A DNA stretch of 64,000 bases, taken from an uncultured Gammaproteobacteria bacterium (GTDB taxonomy: Bacteria > Patescibacteriota > Patescibacteriia > Magasanikbacterales > GCA-002688135). Each line of letters starts with the position of its first letter. Position 1 is the stretch's first letter. The stretch covers positions 17,960 to 81,959 of the forward strand of contig CAZHVT010000004.1 in NCBI GenBank assembly GCA_964536205.1. The letters are read 5' to 3'. The position numbers and the translations under genes were made by a program. The notes beneath the pieces were generated by a model. It saw nothing but the letters and a program-made list of their open reading frames with translations, had not been told where the DNA came from and did not search any database. This document shows, in pieces, positions 1 through 9,949 of this stretch.

Positions 1-13
1 AGAACTCGATCAG

Positions 14-283
14 TTGTTTGAGCAACTCGATAAGCCGAGCGAGGCACTTTATCTTTCGACGTCACCAAATCTAGCGGAATTCAAACGTCGGATGCGAAGA
101 ACACTCGCACCAAAAACAGTAACCGGACAAACCAAGCGAATGTTCAAGCAGGCGTCAATGATGTTTCGGCAGATGCGCAGCGAAAGAGGTGAGCCTACGG
201 TCTCGTATGCTGATCATTACAGACAAGTCAGAAAAAACAGACCAATCTGGAAAAGGGTTTTTGGCCTTTTCCGATTGTTGTAG
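14..283 (+). CDS. hypothetical protein; reading frame is open to the left window edge, so this is probably a C-terminal fragment
   Basis: 89-aa ORF in the track with no stop codon upstream to position 2. No recognisable motif. Confidence 0.25.
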   Translation: MFEQLDKPSEALYLSTSPNLAEFKRRMRRTLAPKTVTGQTKRMFKQASMMFRQMRSERGEPTVSYADHYRQVRKNRPIWKRVFGLFRLL

Positions 284-292
284 GAGATAGTC

Positions 293-1285
293 ATGGATAG
301 TTTGTTTTCGTGGTTCAGGAGGGCAACAACCTCGTCTCATGGATTAGGGCCAATTCTTGATCCAATTCTAGAATTTCTTGAGCGACACTTCATGAAAGTC
401 GCATTCTCGCTTTCAATGTTTATCTTTGTGCCGGTCATCGCATGGATCCTGTTTTGGGCATCTGCTGGTGAAAAGCATCATGAGGTAATGTTGGTAAATG
501 GTGTCGCATACTCGCAAGAGCAAATCGATCACCAAATCAAAAGCGGTGCGATCAAAAAAAGCGATGTTGTGGTAACGGTTGAGAAAGAACCTCGTGTCGT
601 GTATGGGGCAGATAAAGGAAAGGTTAAGGTCGCGAAAGCGCTTTTGTTGTTTTCTTGGTTCTATTCCGTCGTAATGCTGATGGTTGCGTGGGGACTGTTG
701 TTTCTGGTTTCGCGCGTTATCGAAAAAGCCGCAAATTACGGAAAAGAGCGTGTATCACCTGTAACGGTGAGAGTGATGTTGCAAAAAGTGGCAAACGTGA
801 TTGCGTGGATATGTGTGGTCAATTTGCTGCTGGCCATCATGCCATTTGAGGATTACAATCCTCACCTCCTTCTGTTTTTCGTTGGCTTCTTCATTATGGC
901 AGCTCTCATGCGCGTGGGATGGATCATGGATCCACCAAAGGCCTTGCAGAGAATCGTCAGTTGGAGTCTTGTCCTGGCTGTTGGGGTTATCGTGTTTGTG
1001 GTTGGTATGAGTCCTGTCATGCCGAACACCAGCGCACAATACAACGGCAGCAGCGCAGATGGCGTCAGCGCGAGAGGTGCATGGGACAATTTCTGGCAGG
1101 ACATGGGAATCGCTGGAAAAAGGACACTGCATGATGTAGGAGGATGGGTTGTAGGTGATGATGATAAGCATCTGCGCAACAAGGCAGGTCGTCCACTTGT
1201 CAATTATGGCACGGACAAAACATCTTCTCGCAGCAGTAAAGAAACAAGCGATAAGGAGTTGCGGCAATTGCTGCAAGATCTTTAG
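293..1285 (+). CDS. hypothetical integral membrane protein
   Basis: 330-aa ORF with several hydrophobic segments ([14 protein letters not shown]; [22 protein letters not shown]; [13 protein letters not shown]). Followed by a hairpin plus T-run. Confidence 0.5.
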   Translation: MDSLFSWFRRATTSSHGLGPILDPILEFLERHFMKVAFSLSMFIFVPVIAWILFWASAGEKHHEVMLVNGVAYSQEQIDHQIKSGAIKKSDVVVTVEKEPRVVYGADKGKVKVAKALLLFSWFYSVVMLMVAWGLLFLVSRVIEKAANYGKERVSPVTVRVMLQKVANVIAWICVVNLLLAIMPFEDYNPHLLLFFVGFFIMAALMRVGWIMDPPKALQRIVSWSLVLAVGVIVFVVGMSPVMPNTSAQYNGSSADGVSARGAWDNFWQDMGIAGKRTLHDVGGWVVGDDDKHLRNKAGRPLVNYGTDKTSSRSSKETSDKELRQLLQDL

Positions 1286-1291
1286 TATAGT

Positions 1292-1327
1292 ACCCCGAAA
1301 TCTACGGATTGAGGGGTTTTTGTTTTG
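1292..1327 (+). terminator. rho-independent terminator-like hairpin plus T-run
   Basis: ACCCCgaaatc-tacg-gattgaGGGGT followed by TTTTTGTTTT. Confidence 0.5.
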
Positions 1328-1350
1328 TCCACAATCCTCATTTCGCCTAC

Positions 1351-1379
1351 TTGACATGAAAATCAACCCCAGTTATAAT
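1351..1379 (+). promoter_or_regulatory. consensus sigma70-type promoter of the str operon
   Basis: TTGACA at 1351-1356, a 17-nt spacer, TATAAT at 1374-1379, located 67 nt upstream of rpsL. Confidence 0.6.
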
Positions 1380-1445
1380 AGCGACACTTACATTATGAAT
1401 CTCGAGGCTCTTATTTTTTTTGAAATGAGCTTCTCACGCAAGAGC

Positions 1446-1859
1446 ATGCCTACAGCAAACCAATTGGTTCGAAAACCAAGAAAACTCAAGAAATCAAAAA
1501 CAAAATCTCCGGCTATGGGTCGGGGGCTTGATACGTTGCACAGAAAAGTTACTAAAAATAACTCACCATTCAAACGTGGTGTATGTGTAAAAGTCACAAC
1601 TAAAACACCAAAGAAACCAAACTCGGCGCTTCGAAAGGTTGCGCGTGTGCGTTTATCAAATGGTGCAGAGGTGTGGGCATATATCGGAGGAGAAGGACAT
1701 AACCTACAAGAGCATTCAATTGTGCTTGTTCGTGGTGGACGTGTCCGTGATTTGCCGGGTGTGCGTTATCATGTTGTTCGTGGTGTCTATGACGCCGGTG
1801 CAGTAGAAGGACGAAATCAGTCACGATCGCTCTACGGATCTAAGAAACCAAAGAAATAG
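1446..1859 (+). CDS. rpsL: 30S ribosomal protein S12
   Basis: Internal Met of the 1155..1859 ORF begins [13 protein letters not shown]...GVRYHVVRG, matching the S12 family over its full length. Confidence 0.95.
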   Translation: MPTANQLVRKPRKLKKSKTKSPAMGRGLDTLHRKVTKNNSPFKRGVCVKVTTKTPKKPNSALRKVARVRLSNGAEVWAYIGGEGHNLQEHSIVLVRGGRVRDLPGVRYHVVRGVYDAGAVEGRNQSRSLYGSKKPKK

Positions 1860-1860
1860 T

Positions 1861-2340
1861 ATGCGAGGTAAACCAGCACCAAAACGAGTAATCGATCCAG
1901 ATCCAAAATACAATTCCACAGTGGTGGCGAAATTTATCAATACCATCATGAAAAGTGGTAAAAAAACTACTGCACAAAATGTGGTCTATGGCGCAATGGA
2001 AATTATTGGAACAAAAGAATTTGAAGATAAAAAACTCGTTCCATTGGAAGTTTTCAATAAAGCAATGAAAAATATTGGACCATCTGTGGAAACTCGGTCA
2101 CGCCGTGTGGGTGGTGCAAACTACCAAATTCCACGAACAGTTCGACCAGAAAGACGACAAGCACTTGCATTCCGATGGATGATCGAAGCATCACGCAAGA
2201 AAAAAGGTAAAACAATGGCAGAAAAATTAGCATCAGAATTGATTGCCGCGTCACAAGGTGAAGGCGATGCAGTTAAGAAAAAGGCAGATGTCCAGAAAAT
2301 GGCGGAATCTAACCGTGCATTTGCGCACTTCGCACGCTAA
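1861..2340 (+). CDS. rpsG: 30S ribosomal protein S7
   Basis: 159 aa starting MRGKPAPKRVIDPDPKY with ...NAFAHFAR at the C-terminus. Canonical S7, immediately after rpsL. Confidence 0.95.
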   Translation: MRGKPAPKRVIDPDPKYNSTVVAKFINTIMKSGKKTTAQNVVYGAMEIIGTKEFEDKKLVPLEVFNKAMKNIGPSVETRSRRVGGANYQIPRTVRPERRQALAFRWMIEASRKKKGKTMAEKLASELIAASQGEGDAVKKKADVQKMAESNRAFAHFAR

Positions 2341-2415
2341 TGTATGATTAAGTAGTATTTTTAAGATCCGCCGAAAGGCGGTTTCCTATTTCCAAAAAAT
2401 TATTTATAGAAACAT

Positions 2416-4497
2416 ATGCCCCGTCAATTCCCATTTGAAAAAGTACGAAACATCGGAATCATCGCTCATATCGATGCCGGAAAAACAACGGTAACGGAGC
2501 GCATTTTGTTTTACACAGGAAAGAAGCACAAAATCGGTGAGGTGCATGAAGGGGAGGCGACAATGGATTGGATGGAACAAGAACAAGAGCGAGGAATCAC
2601 AATTACATCTGCTGCAACAACAGCATTCTGGAATGATCATCGCTTAAACATTATTGATACGCCAGGACACATCGACTTTACTGTTGAGGTAAAGCGTTCA
2701 TTGCGAGTTCTTGATGGAGCGGTGGTGATTTTTGATGGTGTTGCCGGAGTAGAGCCACAATCAGAAACAAACTGGCATTACGCTGATGAATTTAGCGTGC
2801 CTCGCATTTGTTTCATTAATAAATTAGACAGAACGGGTGCGGATTTTTATGCAGACGTACAATCAATTCACGATCGTCTCACAAAAAATGCAGTACCGAT
2901 TCAGCTTCCAATCGGCGCAGAAGACGGATTTTTAGGCGTGATTGATTTGATTGAACAAAAATCTCATATCTTCAAAGATGATCTTGGAAAAGATGTTGAA
3001 GTTGGTGATATTCCGGAGGACATGAAAGAAAAAGCAGCAAAATATCGTGCAGAATTGATTGAAAAGATTGTAGAAAATGACGAAGATTTGATGAATGCAT
3101 ATTTGGAAGGAAATGAAATTCCAGTCGCAGATTTGAAACGCGTATTGCGAAAGGCTGTGGTTGCATTTGAGATTGTGCCTGTTTTATGTGGATCTGCATT
3201 GAAAAATAAGGGTGTCCAAATTTTGCTTGATGCGGTAGTAGATTATCTTCCATCACCACTAGATGTGCCCGCAACAAAAGGAAAAGATATTCATGATGAT
3301 GAAAAAGAAATCGAATGTCCTCCAGACGACTCAAAACCGTTTGCAGCACTCGCATTTAAAGTTGCGGTTGACCCATTCGTAGGACGATTAACTTTTTTCC
3401 GCGTCTATTCCGGAACACTCAAACAGGGGACAACAATTTTAAATAATACAACAGGGAAGAAAGAGCGTGTTGGTCGTATCGTTCGTATGCATGCAAATTC
3501 TCGTGAGGATGTGGATGAAGCATACGCAGGAGATATTGCAGCAGCTATCGGATTGAAAAATACATTTACTGGGCACACATTGACTGATGTAGATCATCCA
3601 TTAATGCTCGAGAAATTCACATTCCCAGAGCCAGTGATCTCCATGGCAGTTGAACCAAAAACAAAATCAGATCAAGAAAAAATGGGCGTAGCACTACAGA
3701 AACTCGCTGAAGAAGATCCAACATTCCGCGTCTATACAAATGAAGACACCATGCAAACGATTATTTGTGGGATGGGAGAACTTCATTTGGAAGTGATTGT
3801 TGATCGCATGCGCCGTGAATTTAAAGTTGAGGTTGGTGTTGGTCAGCCAGAAGTTGCATACAAAGAAACCATTACCAAAACAGCAGAAAATGTTGCCATC
3901 AAATACGTTAAGCAAACTGGTGGGCGCGGACAATACGGTCATGTTGTTATCAATATTGAACCACAAGAACGCGGTGTCGGATTTGAATTTATTGATAAAA
4001 TTAAAGGTGGGGTTATTCCAAAAGAATATATTCCAGCAGTTGAAAAGGGAATTAGTGGTGCACTTGATCGTGGAATTTTAGCCGGCTATCCTGTCATTGA
4101 TGTGAAAGCAACATTAGTTGACGGAAGTTATCATGATGTGGATTCATCTGAAGTCGCCTTTAAGATCGCAGGTTCTATGGCGATGCAAGCAGCTGCAAAA
4201 CAAGCAGGCTTGGCACTACTTGAACCAGTCATGAAAGTAGAGGTTTTGACACCAGAGCAATTCATGGGTGATGTGATCGGAAATTTAAACTCAAAACGTG
4301 GAACAGTTGATGAAATGTTAGAGCGAAAAGGTGTTCGAGTAGTTCGTGCACAAGTCCCTCTTTCAGAAATGTTTGGATATGCAACTGAATTGCGAAGTAT
4401 GACACAAGGACGTGCATCATACTCAATGGAGTTTGGTTCATACGAACAAGCACCACAAAATGTCGCAGCAGCAGTGATGGAGGGAAAAGCTAAGTAG
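2416..4497 (+). CDS. fusA: elongation factor G
   Basis: 693 aa. G-domain motifs [17 protein letters not shown] and NKLD, in str-operon order. Confidence 0.97.
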   Translation: MPRQFPFEKVRNIGIIAHIDAGKTTVTERILFYTGKKHKIGEVHEGEATMDWMEQEQERGITITSAATTAFWNDHRLNIIDTPGHIDFTVEVKRSLRVLDGAVVIFDGVAGVEPQSETNWHYADEFSVPRICFINKLDRTGADFYADVQSIHDRLTKNAVPIQLPIGAEDGFLGVIDLIEQKSHIFKDDLGKDVEVGDIPEDMKEKAAKYRAELIEKIVENDEDLMNAYLEGNEIPVADLKRVLRKAVVAFEIVPVLCGSALKNKGVQILLDAVVDYLPSPLDVPATKGKDIHDDEKEIECPPDDSKPFAALAFKVAVDPFVGRLTFFRVYSGTLKQGTTILNNTTGKKERVGRIVRMHANSREDVDEAYAGDIAAAIGLKNTFTGHTLTDVDHPLMLEKFTFPEPVISMAVEPKTKSDQEKMGVALQKLAEEDPTFRVYTNEDTMQTIICGMGELHLEVIVDRMRREFKVEVGVGQPEVAYKETITKTAENVAIKYVKQTGGRGQYGHVVINIEPQERGVGFEFIDKIKGGVIPKEYIPAVEKGISGALDRGILAGYPVIDVKATLVDGSYHDVDSSEVAFKIAGSMAMQAAAKQAGLALLEPVMKVEVLTPEQFMGDVIGNLNSKRGTVDEMLERKGVRVVRAQVPLSEMFGYATELRSMTQGRASYSMEFGSYEQAPQNVAAAVMEGKAK

Positions 4498-4512
4498 ACT
4501 AACAGCGAACAT

Positions 4513-4836
4513 ATGGAATGGCAGAGAATTATAGACCTAGTGAAAAAAACAGGGGAGCGATGTGTCGTAATCGATCCAGATCATGATGAACCTGTGGTCG
4601 TTATGCCGTTATCGGATTATGAATTTTTAGCAGATCGTGATGAAGAAAACGAATTTGATTTTGGACTAGATGACATGCCCAGTGACATCCCATTTGAGCC
4701 AGAAGCAGATTGGATCCCAGATTTTGCACAAGAAGAAGAACCTGTTTTGGAAGTAATTGAAGAACATATTCATGAAGAAACAGAGCCACTTGCTACAGAA
4801 GAATCATGGTATATCGAACCAATTGAGGGCGAATAA
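4513..4836 (+). CDS. hypothetical small acidic protein
   Basis: 107-aa ORF 16 nt after fusA, extremely D/E-rich in its C-terminal half. No recognised domain. Confidence 0.45.
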   Translation: MEWQRIIDLVKKTGERCVVIDPDHDEPVVVMPLSDYEFLADRDEENEFDFGLDDMPSDIPFEPEADWIPDFAQEEEPVLEVIEEHIHEETEPLATEESWYIEPIEGE

Positions 4837-4847
4837 AGGATGTGGAC

Positions 4848-4872
4848 AAAATCGGGATAAATAACCGATTTT
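4848..4872 (+). terminator. terminator-like hairpin
   Basis: AAAATCGG-gataaataa-CCGATTTT. Confidence 0.4.
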
Positions 4873-4886
4873 AACCCCAAAAAGAC

Positions 4887-4915
4887 TTGCCAACATAATA
4901 AGGCTATGTTACAAT
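4887..4915 (+). promoter_or_regulatory. sigma70-type promoter upstream of tuf
   Basis: TTGCCA, 17 nt, TACAAT. A DnaA-box-like TTATCCACT lies just downstream. Confidence 0.45.
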
Positions 4916-4990
4916 TGCGACGTCATTTATCCACTAGAAACCAATTTCGTGGGATGACGTTAAATTTAAACTAAAATAAGATAAATATAT

Positions 4991-6181
4991 ATGGCAGAGC
5001 AATTCGACCGATCAAAGACACACGTCAACGTCGGTACAATCGGTCACGTTGACCACGGTAAAACCACAACAACTGCTGCACTTTTAGCAGTATTACGTTC
5101 TGGAGGAAAAACAGCACAAGACAAATCAATGGCTGAAATTGACGCAGCTCCAGAAGAGCGCGAACGTGGAATTACTATCAACACAGCTCACGTTGAATAT
5201 GAGACAGATGGACGTCATTACGCTCATATCGACTGTCCAGGTCACGCTGACTACATCAAAAACATGATTACAGGTGCTGCTCAAATGGACGGCGCAATTT
5301 TGGTAGTTTCAGCAACGGATGGTCCAATGCCACAAACACGTGAGCACATTTTGCTTGCTCGACAAGTTGGTGTGCCACATATCGTTGTATTTTTGAACAA
5401 AGTAGACCAAGTTGATGATTCAGAATTGCTCGATCTCGTAGAAGAAGAAATTCGTGATTTGTTGAAGAAATACGAATTCCCTGGAGACGAAACTCCTATC
5501 ATCCGAGGATCAGCTTTAAAAGCTCTTGAAAATCCAGAAGATGAAGCTGCAACAAAACCAATTCATGATTTGCTCGCAGCACTTGATTCATACATTCCAG
5601 ATCCAGTTCGTGACACAGACAAGGATTTCTTGATGCCTGTTGAAGATATCTTCTCAATTGAAGGTCGTGGAACAGTTGCAACAGGAAGAATCGAACGTGG
5701 AACAGTCAACATTAACGATGAAGTAGAAATTGTTGGATTCGGAGATGTGCAAAAAACAGTTATCACGGGAATCGAAATGTTTAACAAACAACTCGATAAG
5801 GGAATGGCTGGTGACAATGCTGGATTGCTCATGCGTGGAACTAAGAAAGATGAAATCGAACGTGGAATGGTTTTGGCAAAGGCTGGAACAGTTACTCCAC
5901 ACACAGAATTCGATGTTGAAATCTATGCTCTTACAAAAGAAGAGGGTGGACGACACAAACCATTCATGACTGGATACAAACCACAGTTCTACATCCGAAC
6001 AACTGACGTGACTGGAGAAATCAAGTTGAAAGAAGGTACAGAAATGGTTATGCCTGGGGATACATTCCAAGGTGCAGTAACATTGATTTCACCAATCGCA
6101 TTGGAAGAAAAGCAAAAATTCAGCATCCGTGAAGGTGGAAAAACAGTTGGTGCTGGTATCGTATTGAAGATTAATAAATAA
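4991..6181 (+). CDS. tuf: elongation factor Tu
   Basis: 396 aa with [17 protein letters not shown] and NKVD motifs. Confidence 0.97.
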   Translation: MAEQFDRSKTHVNVGTIGHVDHGKTTTTAALLAVLRSGGKTAQDKSMAEIDAAPEERERGITINTAHVEYETDGRHYAHIDCPGHADYIKNMITGAAQMDGAILVVSATDGPMPQTREHILLARQVGVPHIVVFLNKVDQVDDSELLDLVEEEIRDLLKKYEFPGDETPIIRGSALKALENPEDEAATKPIHDLLAALDSYIPDPVRDTDKDFLMPVEDIFSIEGRGTVATGRIERGTVNINDEVEIVGFGDVQKTVITGIEMFNKQLDKGMAGDNAGLLMRGTKKDEIERGMVLAKAGTVTPHTEFDVEIYALTKEEGGRHKPFMTGYKPQFYIRTTDVTGEIKLKEGTEMVMPGDTFQGAVTLISPIALEEKQKFSIREGGKTVGAGIVLKINK

Positions 6182-6187
6182 TGAACT

Positions 6188-6207
6188 CCCTGCGAAAGCA
6201 GGGTTTT
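6188..6207 (+). terminator. hairpin with GAAA tetraloop plus TTTT between tuf and rpsJ; possible terminator or attenuator
   Basis: CCCTGC-gaaa-GCAGGG-TTTT. Confidence 0.45.
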
Positions 6208-6217
6208 CTCGTGTCTC

Positions 6218-6562
6218 ATGTCTGCAAAAGAGGATAACAAAAAACCGGAAGGCGAGGTTTCAAATCGCATCCGCATCAAAATCAGAGCATTCGATCACAA
6301 AATTGTTGATGAATCAGTTAAGAATATTGTGGAAACTGCAGAGCGATCAGGCGCTAAGGTCGTAGGGCCAGTGCCGTTGCCAACAGAAAAAAGCAAGATG
6401 ACTGTGAATCGTTCAACATTTGTACACAAAGATGCACGAGAACAGTACGAAGTTCGTACGCACAAGCGATTGATGGATATCATCAATCCAACTCCAAAAA
6501 CAGTAGATAACTTGATGAATTTGAATCTACCGGCAGGAGTAAACATCGAAATTAAAATGTGA
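6218..6562 (+). CDS. rpsJ: 30S ribosomal protein S10
   Basis: [40 protein letters not shown]... with a short N-terminal extension. Ends with a TGA stop. Confidence 0.9.
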   Translation: MSAKEDNKKPEGEVSNRIRIKIRAFDHKIVDESVKNIVETAERSGAKVVGPVPLPTEKSKMTVNRSTFVHKDAREQYEVRTHKRLMDIINPTPKTVDNLMNLNLPAGVNIEIKM

Positions 6563-6745
6563 GATATCGCTACACGATATTTCATCACCCGACAGGGTGA
6601 TCTAATAATTAACAATAAGATGGGCGCCGGATCTCAGCAGATACAGTCTTCTGAGATCCGGAACTCATCCGGAAACTGATCCAAGATAAAGGTATAAGAT
6701 CCAACAGAACCTTCTTAATAAAATAATTGTTTGTAGATACAAATT

Positions 6746-6828
6746 CGTTTTGGCTGCAAAGCGCTCAAAGCTCCTCGACGATACTTCGGTATCGCCTCAT
6801 CGCTTATTCACGCTTTTCGCCGAAAACG
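6746..6828 (+). ncRNA. candidate structured RNA element, copy A, in the rpsJ-rplC spacer
   Basis: About 85-nt hairpin. Outer stem CGTTTTGGCTGCAAAGCG / CGCTTTTCGCCGAAAACG encloses the core CTCAAAGCTCCTCGACGATAC-TTCG-GTATCGCCTCATCGCTTATTCACG. Homologous to 14161-14249. Confidence 0.4.
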
Positions 6829-6987
6829 ATATTCATATCTACTAAACACTATTTTATCAAAAAGATTCATGGAAAACATACCCACATCACGGAATCAGAG
6901 GAGTATAAAGAAGATACATGCGGATTCCCGAATGGAATTCGTACACAATTCGACATATTAAGGCATGCATAGCATGTCATGTTGAGT

Positions 6988-7024
6988 GGTATCCTTTATA
7001 TTCATTAGAGATACCTCTTTTTTT
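6988..7024 (+). terminator. terminator-like hairpin plus T7 run abutting the rplC start codon; candidate attenuator
   Basis: GGTATC-ctttatattcatta-GATACC-TCTTTTTTT, followed directly by ATG at 7025. Confidence 0.4.
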
Positions 7025-7843
7025 ATGAAATGTATCATTGGAAGAAAATTGGAAATGACTCGAATTTTTGACGAGCAGGGGACAGCGACTCCCGTGACTG
7101 TTATTGCTGCACCAAAACAAGTGGTTACGCAGGTTCGTGAACGTGCAATTCAAGTGGGGTGTGAATCTGTAAAAAAGAACGTCAAAAAAGCACAACAAGG
7201 TCATTTGAAAGGATTGCCAATGATGAAAGTCATGCGCGATTTCAAAATTACCGACGATCAATTATTTGAGCGTGGTGATTCTTGGGATGCTGGCGTATTT
7301 GAAAAAGGGGATAAGGTAACCGTAACAGGTCATGCAAAAGGACGTGGATTTCAAGGTGTGGTGAAACGATGGGGATTCCATGGTTCACCAGCATCTCACG
7401 GACACAAAGATCAGTTGCGTATGCCTGGTTCAATTGCATCACGAACACAAGGTCCTGTGGCAAAAGGAAAGAAGATGGGTGGTCACATGGGAACAAATCG
7501 TGTGAGTGTTCATAATATTGCAGTCGTAGATATCAATCCTGAAGCTGGATTATTGTACTTGAAGGGAGCAATTCCTGGAGCACGCGGTTCAGTGGTATTG
7601 GTTAAAGGATTGGGTGAAATGGTTGTCGAGAAAACGAAAAAACAAGAAAGCGAAAAAACAGAAGAAACACCAGCAGAACCAAAAGCTGAGGTTGTTGAGG
7701 AAGTAAAAGAAGCGGTTGTAGAAGAGTCAAAAGCTGAAGAGAAAGTAGAATCATCTGAAGAGAAAAAACCAGAAGCAGTTGAAGAAAAACAAGAAGTTGC
7801 AGAAGAACCAAAAGCCGAGGAGGCGGCAGAAGAGACTAAATAA
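7025..7843 (+). CDS. rplC: 50S ribosomal protein L3 with about 75-aa E/K/A/V-rich C-terminal extension
   Basis: Begins MKCIIGRKLEMTRIFDEQG and contains the L3 core. Low-complexity tail EKTKKQESEKTEE...AEETK. The track ORF starts at 6986 but the internal Met matches the L3 N-terminus. Confidence 0.9.
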   Translation: MKCIIGRKLEMTRIFDEQGTATPVTVIAAPKQVVTQVRERAIQVGCESVKKNVKKAQQGHLKGLPMMKVMRDFKITDDQLFERGDSWDAGVFEKGDKVTVTGHAKGRGFQGVVKRWGFHGSPASHGHKDQLRMPGSIASRTQGPVAKGKKMGGHMGTNRVSVHNIAVVDINPEAGLLYLKGAIPGARGSVVLVKGLGEMVVEKTKKQESEKTEETPAEPKAEVVEEVKEAVVEESKAEEKVESSEEKKPEAVEEKQEVAEEPKAEEAAEETK

Positions 7844-7881
7844 AATCATAGAACGTAGAACATAGAACGTACAACATTAAT

Positions 7882-8511
7882 ATGAAAGCACCTCTGTACA
7901 ACATCAAAGGAGAAAAACAGCGGGAAGTCGAACTTCCAGCAGCTGTCTTTGGTGTAGAAACAGAAGCTTCAATTATTCAAGAAGTAGTAGTAGCTTTTGA
8001 GGCAAATCAACGTCAGCAATTCGCACATACAAAAGATCGTGGAGATGTTTCAGGTGGTGGTAAAAAACCATGGAAGCAAAAAGGAACAGGACGTGCGCGT
8101 CATGGATCTATCCGGTCACCTTTGTGGGTTGGTGGTGGTGTGACATTTGGTCCACGCAATAACAGAAATTTCAAAAAGAAAGTAAACAAAAAAGTTGCAC
8201 GAAAAGCACTCAAAATGGTGTTGTCAGATCGTGCATCACATGGAGTCGTATCTTTGATTGATACCTTTGATTTGAAAGAAGGTAAAACAAAAACATGCGC
8301 ACAGCTCGTGAAAGCGGTTGGTGCTGAAAAAGCAAAACGCGTGTTGTTTGTTACAAATGGTGTCAACAAAGATGTGGTTCGATGTGTAAATAATATCCCT
8401 AACGCAGAAGTTACTTCTGTGGCGGACCTTAATGCATACACTGCGATTAAGCATAAAGCATTGGTCATGGAGGAAGGAACAATCGAAGCATTAACCACAC
8501 GATTGAAATAA
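7882..8511 (+). CDS. rplD: 50S ribosomal protein L4
   Basis: 209 aa, canonical S10-operon position. Confidence 0.95.
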   Translation: MKAPLYNIKGEKQREVELPAAVFGVETEASIIQEVVVAFEANQRQQFAHTKDRGDVSGGGKKPWKQKGTGRARHGSIRSPLWVGGGVTFGPRNNRNFKKKVNKKVARKALKMVLSDRASHGVVSLIDTFDLKEGKTKTCAQLVKAVGAEKAKRVLFVTNGVNKDVVRCVNNIPNAEVTSVADLNAYTAIKHKALVMEEGTIEALTTRLK

Positions 8512-8515
8512 TTGT

Positions 8516-9025
8516 ATGTCATTCTTAGGAAAATGGTTTAAAAAGGATAAGCAAGAACGTCTGGATAAACAGACAGATGTTGATGTTGATGCAGAACAAA
8601 AAATCGAAAAATCGAAAAAACCAGAAATCGATAGAACTGAGATAAAATCTGAAAAGAAAAAGGAAGATGCAAAAAAAGCAGGTACTAAGAAAGATGAGGA
8701 AGAAAAAGTAGATGCGCCAATGATGACACTGAAAACGCCAGACTACATGTCGAATATCATTAAGCGATTGCATGTAACAGAAAAGGCTGCAGATGCTGAA
8801 TCACAATCAGTTTACACATTTGTAGTAGACATGAAGGCAACAAAGAATGAAATTGCTAAAGAGATTAAACGTACATATAACGTGACACCTGAAAAAATTC
8901 GTGTCATGAATATGCGTGGGAAACGAGTACGATGGGGTCGAAATCGTGGGCAGCGTTCAGGTTGGAGAAAAGCTATGGTTGCTTTGAAAAAGGGTGAAAA
9001 GATTAATCTTCACGAAGGAACTTAA
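8516..9025 (+). CDS. rplW: 50S ribosomal protein L23 with about 68-aa K/E-rich N-terminal extension; alternative start at 8720
   Basis: C-terminal 100 aa ([23 protein letters not shown]...) are L23. Upstream part is low-complexity KE-rich. Confidence 0.9.
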   Translation: MSFLGKWFKKDKQERLDKQTDVDVDAEQKIEKSKKPEIDRTEIKSEKKKEDAKKAGTKKDEEEKVDAPMMTLKTPDYMSNIIKRLHVTEKAADAESQSVYTFVVDMKATKNEIAKEIKRTYNVTPEKIRVMNMRGKRVRWGRNRGQRSGWRKAMVALKKGEKINLHEGT

Positions 9026-9030
9026 TTCGT

Positions 9031-9870
9031 ATGGCGATTAAACGATATAAACCAACAACTCCCGGAAGACGCAAATCTAGTGTGAACACCACAAAAGATT
9101 TGACGCAGAAACGACCGGAAAAAAGTTTGCGTGTTATCAAAAAGCGAAAAGCTGGACGATCACGTGGGCGAATTGCGGTACGTCATCGTGGTGGGGGAGC
9201 AAAACGGTTTATTCGAATTATCGATTTCAAACGAACAAAGTTTGATGTACCTGCAACAGTTACTGCGGTAGAATACGATCCAAATCGTGGAGCACGCATC
9301 ATGTTGTTGCTATACAAAGATGGTGAAAAACGATATTCATTGGCGCCACAAAAAATCAAAGAAGGTGATACGGTTATTTCATCTGAAAAAGAAGTTGATT
9401 TGAAACCAGGAAACAGAACAAAGTTGAAAAACATTCCGGTAGGTTTGGATGTGCATGATATCGAATTGCAGCCGGGCGCAGGATCACGCATGGTTCGCGG
9501 CGCTGGAGGTTCAGCTCGATTGCGTGCATTGGAAGGAAAATACGCATTGATCAAATTGCCATCAGGAGAAATTCGAAAGGTATTGGCAGAATGTAGTGCG
9601 ACACTCGGCGCTGTTTCAAATCCAGATCACAACTTGGTTCGATACGGAAAAGCTGGCCGAACACGTCACCGAGGTTTCCGACCAACAGTTCGTGGTAAGG
9701 TTATGAATCCATGTGATCACCCTCACGGTGGTGGTGAAGGTTCTACCTCAATTGGTATGACTCATCCAAAAACACCATGGGGAAAGCACGCATTGGGTGT
9801 CAGAACACGAAAGTCGAAAAAGTTCAGCAACAAATTTATTGTAAAACGTCGTTACCATAAAGGAAGGTAA
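9031..9870 (+). CDS. rplB: 50S ribosomal protein L2
   Basis: 279 aa with the GRNxxGxITxRHRGGG-like motif ([11 protein letters not shown]) and C-terminal HPHGGGEG. Confidence 0.97.
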   Translation: MAIKRYKPTTPGRRKSSVNTTKDLTQKRPEKSLRVIKKRKAGRSRGRIAVRHRGGGAKRFIRIIDFKRTKFDVPATVTAVEYDPNRGARIMLLLYKDGEKRYSLAPQKIKEGDTVISSEKEVDLKPGNRTKLKNIPVGLDVHDIELQPGAGSRMVRGAGGSARLRALEGKYALIKLPSGEIRKVLAECSATLGAVSNPDHNLVRYGKAGRTRHRGFRPTVRGKVMNPCDHPHGGGEGSTSIGMTHPKTPWGKHALGVRTRKSKKFSNKFIVKRRYHKGR

Positions 9871-9883
9871 ACAAAGCGATTAG

Positions 9884-9941
9884 CGTCTAGCGTTTAGCGT
9901 TTAGAAAATTTCTAATCGCTAAACGCTGTACGCTATACGCT
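9884..9941. repeat. word-built imperfect palindrome, family 1 (AGCGTTTAGCG words), copy a
   Basis: AGCGATTAGCGTCTAGCGTTTAGCGTTTAGAAA / TTTCTAATCGCTAAACGCTGTACGCTATACGCT. Lies between rplB and rpsS. Confidence 0.7.
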
Positions 9942-9949
9942 CAAATATT

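Noticed and set aside
655-1366. Several overlapping ORFs (655..849+, 755..1366-, 801..1010+, 862..1203-, 919..1134+) inside or antisense to the 293..1285 membrane-protein gene
   Set aside because: All are nested within a longer ORF that has a coherent TM topology. No RBS or independent signals. Treated as frame shadows.
4923-4931. DnaA-box-like TTATCCACT (and TTAATCCACA at 18465)
   Set aside because: These are single isolated boxes with no cluster or AT-rich DUE, so they give insufficient support for an origin.
6560-6562. Possible alternative genetic code (UGA recoding, as in some CPR lineages)
   Set aside because: TGA terminates rpsJ exactly at the conserved C-terminus (…IEIKM), and conserved genes show no in-frame TGA. 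Standard code 11 fits.
6727-6972. 81-aa ORF in the rpsJ-rplC spacer
   Set aside because: It overlaps the structured hairpin elements, has no RBS, is AT-rich low complexity, and the region is better explained as structured noncoding RNA.
9884-9941. Could the word-repeat elements be CRISPR arrays?
   Set aside because: There is no constant repeat of 24-40 nt alternating with unique spacers. The units are 6-9 nt degenerate words arranged as two reverse-complementary arms. No cas genes are present.
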